A stretch of DNA of 44,743 bases. Origin: an uncultured Candidatus Saccharibacteria bacterium (GTDB lineage: Bacteria; Patescibacteriota; Minisyncoccia; Phycocordibacterales; UBA918). Position 1 is the first letter of the stretch. Every line of letters starts with the position of its first letter. The stretch spans positions 1 to 44,743 of the forward strand of contig CAZYTF010000002.1 of assembly GCA_964649535.1 (NCBI GenBank), in the 5' to 3' direction. A model generated the notes under the pieces. That model had not been told where the DNA came from. It was given only the letters and a program-made list of their open reading frames with translations, and searched no databases. A program made the translations under genes and the position numbers. Below, in pieces: positions 19,016 to 26,627 of this stretch.

Positions 19016-20851
19016 ATGTGTGCTATTAATGGAGCGAGCGGTATAAAAGAAGCTTTGGTACGTGAAATGAATGAAGCAACAAAGCATCGGGGACCAGACG
19101 GTTCTCTGGTTAGGTTAGGTGCTGCTTATACACTTGGACACAACAGGCTTGCTGTAATTGATGTTCATAAACGTTCTGACCAGCCTATGGCATCTCCTGA
19201 TGGTCGGTATGTCATTGTTTTTAATGGAGAAATTTATAATTTTCGTGAACTCAGGAAGGAGCTCAAACATAAGCATCATTTTGTTACTGATGGTGATGCA
19301 GAGGTTTTGTTGGTAGCTTACTCTGTGTGGGGCGAGGCAATGCTCTCAAGATTGCGAGGCATGTTCGCATTTGCAATTATTGATAATGAACATGATGAGG
19401 TTTTCTTGGTTCGAGATCAGATTGGCATAAAACCCCTCTACTATTCTCTCGAGGGGGGGGGGATTATTTTTTCATCTGAGCTAAAAGGTATGATTGCAGC
19501 CGGATTCAATACTATTGATAAAATTTCAGCAAATATTTTTTTGTCAATGCAGTACGTTCCAAGTCCTCGCACTCTCATAAAAAATGTCTCAAAACTTCAG
19601 CCTGGGCAATTTCTTCGTTATAAAATAAATGGTTCTTATGAGTTGAGTTCCTATGGACCATCTTTTTTGGATAAAAACTATTCGATTGCAAAAAAAACAA
19701 CTACTTACGATGTGATTAACACAGCAGTGAAAAGTCAGCTAGTCTCAGATAGGCCTATAGGACTGTTCCTTTCTGGCGGATTGGATTCGAGTATAATCCT
19801 CCATCATACAAAAGAATATGTTCCAAACATTCGTACTTTTTCCATGGATTTTGAACTCGAGGATCCTTCAGTAGAAAGTCAGGCTAAATTTAACTTTGAT
19901 GCAATCGCGGCGATAAAGACAGCAAAGCATTATGGCGTGCCTCACACAACCTTCACAATTGGCTCAGAAGAAATTACTTCTGAGCTTGAATTAGCATTCT
20001 CTCACCTCGATGAACCAATTGCTAATCCAACATCATTATCTAGGTTTTTGTTAAGTAAAAAAGTAAGAGATGAAGGAATCGTTGTTGCTCTAGGAGGTGA
20101 CGGAGGTGATGAGGTTTTTAAGGGTTATGTCCGTTACCGGGCAGCTTTAGCTACAGAGTACTTTCAAAGGTTGCCTAAAAATTTGCAGTCTCTGCTTGGT
20201 TCTTTTGACAGACGCTTAAAAAAAATGACAGTACCTCTTGGTCCAGAATACCACTCCCGCCAAGTGTTCAACCAGAAAAAAATTCTTCAGTATGTCACTA
20301 ATTTTAATGAAGACGCATCAGCAGTGATTACTAAAATGTTTAATTGTAGATATGGACAGCTCCCTCAAGACACTGCGCCATCCGATGCATTTATGGCAGC
20401 CGATGCTTACACTTGGCTGCCAGACGAGTCGTTGCACAGTACTGATAGGGCAACAATGGCTCATGCTCTTGAGTATAGGGTGCCGTTATTGGATCAGGTC
20501 GTTATTGCGCATGGTAAATCTCTGAAACGATCAGATAATATCTCCCTTCTTACCGGAAAAAAACATTTGCGTACAGTCTATCGTCATAAGCTACCGGATC
20601 ATCTTTTTAATGAAAAAAAACGAGGCTGGTTTTCTCCAGCAGCAAAATGGTTGCGCAACGAATCAGTCAATAATGTAGTTAAAGAAATTATGTCAGATGA
20701 TTACTATGATGGACTATCTTCAATGATAAATTGGCGTAATGCAAATGATCTGTTAGACAAGCATATAGAAGGCAGTATGTATGCAACAAATCCATTGTGG
20801 AATATAATGCAACTGCAAGTTTGGGCTAGACATAATAAGATTACACTTTGA
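19016..20851 (+). CDS. Asparagine synthase (glutamine-hydrolysing) family amidotransferase, AsnB-like. The likely role here is glycan amidation rather than Asn synthesis.
   Basis: N-terminal nucleophile MC(2)AING, Ntn-domain GHNRLAVID...FNGEIYN and PP-loop LFLSGGLDSS. Confidence 0.85.
   Translation: MCAINGASGIKEALVREMNEATKHRGPDGSLVRLGAAYTLGHNRLAVIDVHKRSDQPMASPDGRYVIVFNGEIYNFRELRKELKHKHHFVTDGDAEVLLVAYSVWGEAMLSRLRGMFAFAIIDNEHDEVFLVRDQIGIKPLYYSLEGGGIIFSSELKGMIAAGFNTIDKISANIFLSMQYVPSPRTLIKNVSKLQPGQFLRYKINGSYELSSYGPSFLDKNYSIAKKTTTYDVINTAVKSQLVSDRPIGLFLSGGLDSSIILHHTKEYVPNIRTFSMDFELEDPSVESQAKFNFDAIAAIKTAKHYGVPHTTFTIGSEEITSELELAFSHLDEPIANPTSLSRFLLSKKVRDEGIVVALGGDGGDEVFKGYVRYRAALATEYFQRLPKNLQSLLGSFDRRLKKMTVPLGPEYHSRQVFNQKKILQYVTNFNEDASAVITKMFNCRYGQLPQDTAPSDAFMAADAYTWLPDESLHSTDRATMAHALEYRVPLLDQVVIAHGKSLKRSDNISLLTGKKHLRTVYRHKLPDHLFNEKKRGWFSPAAKWLRNESVNNVVKEIMSDDYYDGLSSMINWRNANDLLDKHIEGSMYATNPLWNIMQLQVWARHNKITL
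19453..19462 (+). repeat. G10 homopolymer inside the AsnB-like CDS
   Basis: Counted directly: ctc gaG GGG GGG GGG att, encoding LEGGGI. Confidence 0.95.
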
Positions 20852-20948
20852 TTTTTGTGATCGTGTGTTATAAGATCGAAATTTTTTATTTAGGATTGTT
20901 AGTTAGGCGCATCTTTTTATGTTTAAATGCATTAAATTCTAAAATTTT

Positions 20949-22184
20949 ATGAAGCGTATATATACTACAGGGGTTTACGATATTCTTCACTTGGGACATA
21001 TTAATTTATTACAAACAGCGAGTAAAAAAGGAGATTTCTTGATTGTTGGTGTACAGGATGATGAATCTGTCAGGGAGCAGAAGGGTCGTTATCCAGTAAT
21101 GACTTGTGAAGAAAGAATGGAAGCAATTAGGGTACTTCCGTTTGTGGATGAAGTTATTTCTTATTCCGGAACAAGTCAGGAACCTATTTTAGAAGAAATT
21201 CAACCTGATGTGATGGTTCAAGGAGATGATTGGATGGAGACTTCAGATAGAACAAATATTGTAACGTACCTTAAAAAGCATAATATTGTATTACATTTAA
21301 TTCCCTACACTAAGGGTATCTCAAGTACGCAAATTAAAAAGCGTATACAGGAAAGTTTTAAAACATATCGAAATGATATTGGGGCTATTAAAAAAAATAT
21401 ACAGATACTTCCACTTAAGAACTTGAAGGAGTATGAATGTCCAGACCAACGTCGAGTCGAAAGACTTGTGAGTAAAATCAAAAGTGATCAAATATTCATT
21501 GACCCTATATCAGTAGCTTTTCATAATGGAACATATGTTGTTATAGATGGAGCAAACAGAACCGAAGCACTGCGTCAATTGGGTGCTGTGCATGTACTAG
21601 CTAATGTTATGCAATATGATGATTTGTCGCAAGTTGAGTTGGTAAACAATGCCCATTTTCTTAATATTGAACCACAGGCATTGCTAAAGCTTTTGAGAGA
21701 AGGTGGTATTGAGTATATAAAAACAACAAAACATGAGGCAGAAAAAAATATTGCAAATATCGAAACTGCAGCAGTAATACGGGCAGGTTCTGAATATTAT
21801 ATTACCCCAAAAGAAATGGATATTATTGATAGAATTTCAACTGTAAATAATATCGTAAAAAGCTACATTGGTAATCATCAGATAAAACGCTTGAGTGAGA
21901 TGAGTCATGATAGTGATATCCATACAAGTAAAATTATTTTCCAACGTTTTGATATACAAGACATTGTTAAATTTGTGCAAGAAGGTTTCATGCTCGAAAG
22001 TGGTATAACATGGCATAAAGTACATAATTCTATAATTCGAGTAAACCTTCCGCTAGAATTTCTAACTAAAGATGGTGAAATTGATGAATTGAACAATAGA
22101 CTTAATAAATTTATCCAAAGTAAAATTAACCAGCAGGGGATTCGTTTTTATCCAAATGGCATTTATGTGTGTGATGAATGGTAG
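20949..22184 (+). CDS. Fusion protein: N-terminal cytidylyltransferase (TagD/ECT/CCT-like) plus a C-terminal ParB/sulfiredoxin-fold domain (SbnI/SerK-like?)
   Basis: N-terminal GVYDILHLGH (HxGH) and YTKGISSTQIKKRI (RTxGISTT-like). Residues from about 145 onward have LPLKNLKEYE...DPISVAF..GTYVVIDGANRTEALRQLG, the ParB/Srx layout with DGxHR degenerated to DGANR. Confidence 0.75.
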   Translation: MKRIYTTGVYDILHLGHINLLQTASKKGDFLIVGVQDDESVREQKGRYPVMTCEERMEAIRVLPFVDEVISYSGTSQEPILEEIQPDVMVQGDDWMETSDRTNIVTYLKKHNIVLHLIPYTKGISSTQIKKRIQESFKTYRNDIGAIKKNIQILPLKNLKEYECPDQRRVERLVSKIKSDQIFIDPISVAFHNGTYVVIDGANRTEALRQLGAVHVLANVMQYDDLSQVELVNNAHFLNIEPQALLKLLREGGIEYIKTTKHEAEKNIANIETAAVIRAGSEYYITPKEMDIIDRISTVNNIVKSYIGNHQIKRLSEMSHDSDIHTSKIIFQRFDIQDIVKFVQEGFMLESGITWHKVHNSIIRVNLPLEFLTKDGEIDELNNRLNKFIQSKINQQGIRFYPNGIYVCDEW

Positions 22185-22191
22185 TATTAAT

Positions 22192-23023
22192 ATGAATATG
22201 GGTACTAATGTAAATAAAAAAGCACGAGATTTGTACTGGAATAATATATCGGTCTATAATGGTAAGGACGAGATAGATTTTCATGCCGCTGGTGCCGATA
22301 GGGACTTGTCTTTAGGTGCTTTGTCGAATGCAGACAAACTGTATTTACATTACCGGTTTTTGATTGAAAATCAGATTGTTGCATATATAATAAAAAAAAG
22401 AGTTCAGTTTTTTAAAAAAACTTTAGACTGTGGTGCTGGGACAGGCCGTATCTCATTACGCTTAAGTAGTTTGTTTGATCACGTCGATAGTTTTGATATT
22501 TCACAAAAATTTGTAACTGAATTTTCATCACGTTACCCAAATGAAAGAAAAATTGCTTTTGTTGTTTCAGATTTTGAAAAATATAACACCGATAAGAAAT
22601 ATGATTTTATTTTTGTTGGGGGAGTTTTTATGTGTATGAACGACGATGAAATTAAAAATGCATTATTGAAAATAAAAGGGTGGTTGTCACCAGGGGGTGT
22701 TTTGTTGTGTAGAGATACACTAGCAAAGAAAGTAGATAGCAGTGTGGGTTTTTTAAAAAAAATATAGAACAGAAAATGAGTACATGAGTCTTTTTAGTGA
22801 TTTATTCGATGTTACAGACACATTGAATGGGGCTAATCGTAATTATTTTTGCACTATTTTTATACATCTACCTAAATTGTGTCAAAACAATACTTCCATT
22901 TTTAAATTTTTTAAGTGGTGTATTAATATTTTTATATTTCTGGACCAGAAATATATATTGTTGCGAGGTAATAAAAGACACAAATTAGCTAATCAAATGC
23001 TCTATGCTTTCAAGTCTAAATAA
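22192..23023 (+). pseudogene. Class I SAM methyltransferase split by a frameshift at an A8 run. This could be a pseudogene, a phase-OFF allele or an assembly error.
   Basis: Frame 1 (LDCGAGTGRIS motif I, WLSPGGVLL) stops at TAG 22765-22767, just after the A8 run at 22755-22762. Frame 2 is open from 22757 and reads KKYRTENEYMSLFSDLFDV..., the expected methyltransferase continuation, through to 23023. The likely start is the ATG at 22192, because the listed 22156 start overlaps the upstream gene. Confidence 0.55.
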
Positions 23024-23738
23024 AATAACTTATCAAAACTTTATTGCGTGCGTAAAAAAAGAAACTCCTCAAATGGGTTTTGATTATATGTATCGAACAA
23101 TATCATATCCGATAAGTTTTTTATTTTTTAGATTAGGATTTTCACCAAACTTTATTTCAGTGATATCAATTATTATATTGTGCATCGCCCCGTTACTATT
23201 TTTTGTATATTCGCCGCTTCTTGGTTTCTTATTTTTCATTGCTAGTTATTTGTTGGATTTTTGTGATGGAAATGTGGCTCGAGTAATAGAAAGAAAAAAA
23301 ATATTTGAAAGAAGTTCGCAGAGTAAAACTTTTGGCAATCTACTTGAAAATTTAAATACAAATGTTTCTTCGATTATTTTTCCTTTAACTATGTCACTAT
23401 ATGTATATGTACAGTCACCCTCGTATTGGACGCTTTTAGTTGGGGTGATATTAACAAATATAACGATGCTCTATCGTTACACCAAGATGCATAGTTATTT
23501 ATTGACGCAATCTACTTTTGGCTTAAAAACCCAACAGGATAGAGATGCATACTTTTTAATAAAAAATTTTTTTTCTAAATCCGCTTTTAATCCTAGTACT
23601 TATTACATTGTATTTTTATGTGTATATATTGCGGTTCCAAAATTATTTATTATTTGTTACATACTTTACTTTTCGTTAGCGATAGTCTACACAACCTTAC
23701 GTTTTTTAGTCGTACTTTTGAGGTCTTATGCTTTGTAA
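23004..23738 (+). CDS. Polytopic membrane protein, divergent CDP-alcohol phosphotransferase-like
   Basis: YLLDFCDGNVAR matches D-x2-D-G-x2-A-R. The second half of the motif is degenerate: a 17-residue spacer, then G-NLL-E-NLN-T. Several hydrophobic helices. Confidence 0.6.
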   Translation: MLSSLNKITYQNFIACVKKETPQMGFDYMYRTISYPISFLFFRLGFSPNFISVISIIILCIAPLLFFVYSPLLGFLFFIASYLLDFCDGNVARVIERKKIFERSSQSKTFGNLLENLNTNVSSIIFPLTMSLYVYVQSPSYWTLLVGVILTNITMLYRYTKMHSYLLTQSTFGLKTQQDRDAYFLIKNFFSKSAFNPSTYYIVFLCVYIAVPKLFIICYILYFSLAIVYTTLRFLVVLLRSYAL

Positions 23739-23740
23739 GT

Positions 23741-24493
23741 TTAAAAGGTGTATGAAAAATAGTTGATTTCACGATGGAATAAATCTTCCACAACTTTCCT
23801 TGTGTGGTTATTGTAGTATTGTTTGTAACTTTTTTTCTTACGATAGTTTGATTTTGTGTGTGGTAACCAGCCTTCTAAATTCAGGTCGCAATCATCTAAT
23901 ATTTTTTCAAAATCTTGTAATATATTTTCAAATTTTCCAATGTAATCAACTTTCACATTATTTTTATCAGCATACATATCCCAATCCGTTAAATTTGGCA
24001 GAACTTCACCAGTAAATAAATTAATGCCCTCGGCACAAACATCAACAAAAAGTTCAAAAGGATAATTTTTGAGATCGTGATTGCGACCTCTCCAGTGGTA
24101 CATTGACACTAATTTATCCCAAGGGTTTCTCTCAAAAGTAAACGTGTAATAGTCATCCCAAATATTACTTCCAACATGATCTTTTATGTCTTTCCACCCA
24201 GAATGCGGGTTAAGATTCTTTGAGTTGTAATATGCTTTTCCGGCATTTGAAAGGATATTCTCCGGCGAATTTTTTTGAATTAAAGATTTGACAATAGTTT
24301 TTGTAGCTATAGGAGATTTGATTGACCATAAATAACTTAGAATAGGAAGCTTGTCCATCTCATATGCTTCTTTTATGCCACCTATAAATTTATCTTCTTT
24401 TCCAAGAGTTTGAATGAGGCTCGCTGAGATGCTACTCCCCCCAGTTTTTGGAGTATGCAAAAAAATAAATTTATGTTTATGAGAAATAATCAT
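23741..24493 (-). CDS. Sulfotransferase (PAPS-dependent, carbohydrate sulfotransferase-like)
   Basis: 5'-PSB loop FLHTPKTGGSSI at the N-terminus and 3'-PB motif FERNPWDKLVSMYHW. Confidence 0.75.
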   Translation of the reverse strand: MIISHKHKFIFLHTPKTGGSSISASLIQTLGKEDKFIGGIKEAYEMDKLPILSYLWSIKSPIATKTIVKSLIQKNSPENILSNAGKAYYNSKNLNPHSGWKDIKDHVGSNIWDDYYTFTFERNPWDKLVSMYHWRGRNHDLKNYPFELFVDVCAEGINLFTGEVLPNLTDWDMYADKNNVKVDYIGKFENILQDFEKILDDCDLNLEGWLPHTKSNYRKKKSYKQYYNNHTRKVVEDLFHREINYFSYTF

Positions 24494-24519
24494 GGTTTTT
24501 GAATGTAGTAAGTGTGTGA

Positions 24520-25770
24520 CTACGATTTATAAAAAAAGTATATCAATAAAATATATTTAAATCCCTGAAAAATAAACAATCCAATGAGCACTCCCCAGAT
24601 TTGATAAAATGGCAACAATATAAGTATGGCAATTATTTTTATGATTGGCGGTACAATTTTTAGTATATACAATACTTTTAGTTTTTTATGCGCTGTTAAA
24701 GCTGAATTAAATAATAATCCTGGTGTAAAAATCAAGATAAGTGCATAGAATTGAGAGTAGGGAACTGCCGAGATATATTGTGGAAACAATATTGAAAATA
24801 AATATGGAGCCATGGCAATATAGGTTACTATAATGGGTATTGTCAGTAATGTCAGCAGTAAGACTTTTCTTGGTAATGTGCGCTTAATTTCGATGAATGA
24901 TCGCTGGCTAAGTTTCGGAAGAGCTAAATTAGCTAGTATTCGCTCAAGTCCACCTATTTCAATAATTGGGGCGCACGCAAAAGTGTACATGGCAAGTTGA
25001 CCAGCGTTTAGTTGTTGAAATATCAATACTTTATCAAGATTTTCTCCTAATTTTTTGAATATATTAATAAAACTTAAATGTTTACTAAAATTTAATGTTG
25101 ATAGATCGGTAGCTGTGTTTGGTCGATAATATTTTAGTGTTAGCAAATAAAAAAGTGAAGAAAAAAATGCTTCACTTAGAAAATAAGCAAATATTATATA
25201 TAATGGGTTTTCGGTTGTGATAAGAACCAATGTGATTACAGTAACGAGAACTACTTTTCTGATACTGGCAAAAATAGTATCTCTTCTAAAGTCTTTTTTT
25301 CCATTTAGGAAACTTAAGTATAATGAAAAACTTGAAATTATTGGATTTGCAAAAGCAATAATGATAAAAGCAAGTGTTAGATAGTAATTGTCGTTCAGAT
25401 AATAATAGATAGCTATAATTAAAGAAGCAGCTACCATCCCCAAGCTCCAAATAAGATTTGTTCGAACACCCTCGCGTAAAGACCCTTCAAGCCCCTTAGA
25501 AACAGCTTGTATTATCGAGGTCCCCATTCCCGTAAAAGTGAGCATGCTCAGCATCGCCGCCATTGCAATTACAAAACGATATTGTCCATATGTTTCTGGA
25601 CTGACTAGGTTTGCGAAAGCAACTGCGAGAATTACATTTGCAATTAAGGCAATCATTTGTGTTATCGATAGCCAAAATCCTCCCTTGAGAATATAAGATA
25701 AGTCAATTTTAAATCTCTGGCTTGTTCTATCTAGAATTCGATGAATCATATTTGTTGCTAAGTATAACAA
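24520..25770 (-). CDS. Wzx-like oligosaccharide/polysaccharide flippase (MOP superfamily)
   Basis: A 416-aa polytopic protein with about 12 hydrophobic segments. Its size and context are typical of polysaccharide biosynthesis flippases. No sharp motif. Confidence 0.6.
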   Translation of the reverse strand: MLYLATNMIHRILDRTSQRFKIDLSYILKGGFWLSITQMIALIANVILAVAFANLVSPETYGQYRFVIAMAAMLSMLTFTGMGTSIIQAVSKGLEGSLREGVRTNLIWSLGMVAASLIIAIYYYLNDNYYLTLAFIIIAFANPIISSFSLYLSFLNGKKDFRRDTIFASIRKVVLVTVITLVLITTENPLYIIFAYFLSEAFFSSLFYLLTLKYYRPNTATDLSTLNFSKHLSFINIFKKLGENLDKVLIFQQLNAGQLAMYTFACAPIIEIGGLERILANLALPKLSQRSFIEIKRTLPRKVLLLTLLTIPIIVTYIAMAPYLFSILFPQYISAVPYSQFYALILIFTPGLLFNSALTAHKKLKVLYILKIVPPIIKIIAILILLPFYQIWGVLIGLFIFQGFKYILLIYFFYKS

Positions 25771-25885
25771 TTAGAAAAGTATAAAGTTTCTTTATTTCTT
25801 TTTCAGATGTTGTCAATAAGCATGAGAGTCGTTTTATACATCATAGTTATTTAATGTTATATTTCTTATATAATTTATATACATT

Positions 25886-26500
25886 ATGTTAGAAAGGCCT
25901 TGGGAAAGTTTTAGAAAAAAGAAGTTAATACAGATTTTTACGGATAAAAATAAAATCGTTGATATTGGTGGAGGTCTTAGAATAGATGCAACAAAAAACA
26001 ATAGAGACAAAAAAGAGCATGTATGGTTGGAACCATACATGGAGAAGGTCGATTATGTAGTGTTGGACAAATCGCCTGATTACAATCCTGATCTTGTCGG
26101 GGACATCCGCGATCTGCCTTTTGAAGATAATTCAGTTGAAGCAATTATCTGTATAGCAGTCCTTGAGCATGTTGAAGAACCACAAAAAGCTGTAAGGGAG
26201 ATGTACCGCGTTCTAAAACCGGGTGGCTACTGTTTTATATATGCACCATTTTTGTTCTATTATCACCCAATGAAGGGATATTATAAATATTTTTACAGGT
26301 TTACTCGTGACGGGTATGAATATATGACCAAAGATTTTTCGCATGTTGAAATACAGAATGTCAGAGGCTCGTTAGCCACTGTTATGAATCTTTTTCCGTT
26401 TTTATCTAAAAGAACTGGATGGTTTGATTATTTAGATAAAATATTTGGAAAACAGACGTCTAACCAAACTAGTGGGTATGATGTGTTTTGTATTAAGTAA
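25886..26500 (+). CDS. Class I SAM-dependent methyltransferase (Methyltransf_11-like)
   Basis: VDIGGGL motif I, LPFEDNSVEAIICIAVLEHVEEPQKAVREMYRVLKPGG. Confidence 0.75.
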   Translation: MLERPWESFRKKKLIQIFTDKNKIVDIGGGLRIDATKNNRDKKEHVWLEPYMEKVDYVVLDKSPDYNPDLVGDIRDLPFEDNSVEAIICIAVLEHVEEPQKAVREMYRVLKPGGYCFIYAPFLFYYHPMKGYYKYFYRFTRDGYEYMTKDFSHVEIQNVRGSLATVMNLFPFLSKRTGWFDYLDKIFGKQTSNQTSGYDVFCIK

Positions 26501-26627
26501 TTTAGGAATTAACTAACAGAGTTTTTATCTTTGATAATTTTTACAAACATAAGAGGTACTGCTTATTATTTGAAACTTTACGGTGCGGAGATAGTTATAT
26601 TCGCTAAAATATTTAATTAAAATAATT

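Noticed and set aside
22156-22191. The methyltransferase start at 22156, which overlaps the upstream fusion gene by 29 nt
   Set aside because: The downstream ATG at 22192 avoids the overlap. The extra 12 residues are not part of the methyltransferase fold. The true start remains uncertain.
25834-26040. A 68-aa minus-strand ORF spanning the divergent promoter region and the start of the methyltransferase at 25886
   Set aside because: It overlaps a motif-supported CDS and an AT-rich promoter region. Its composition is hydrophobic low-complexity and it has no recognisable family.
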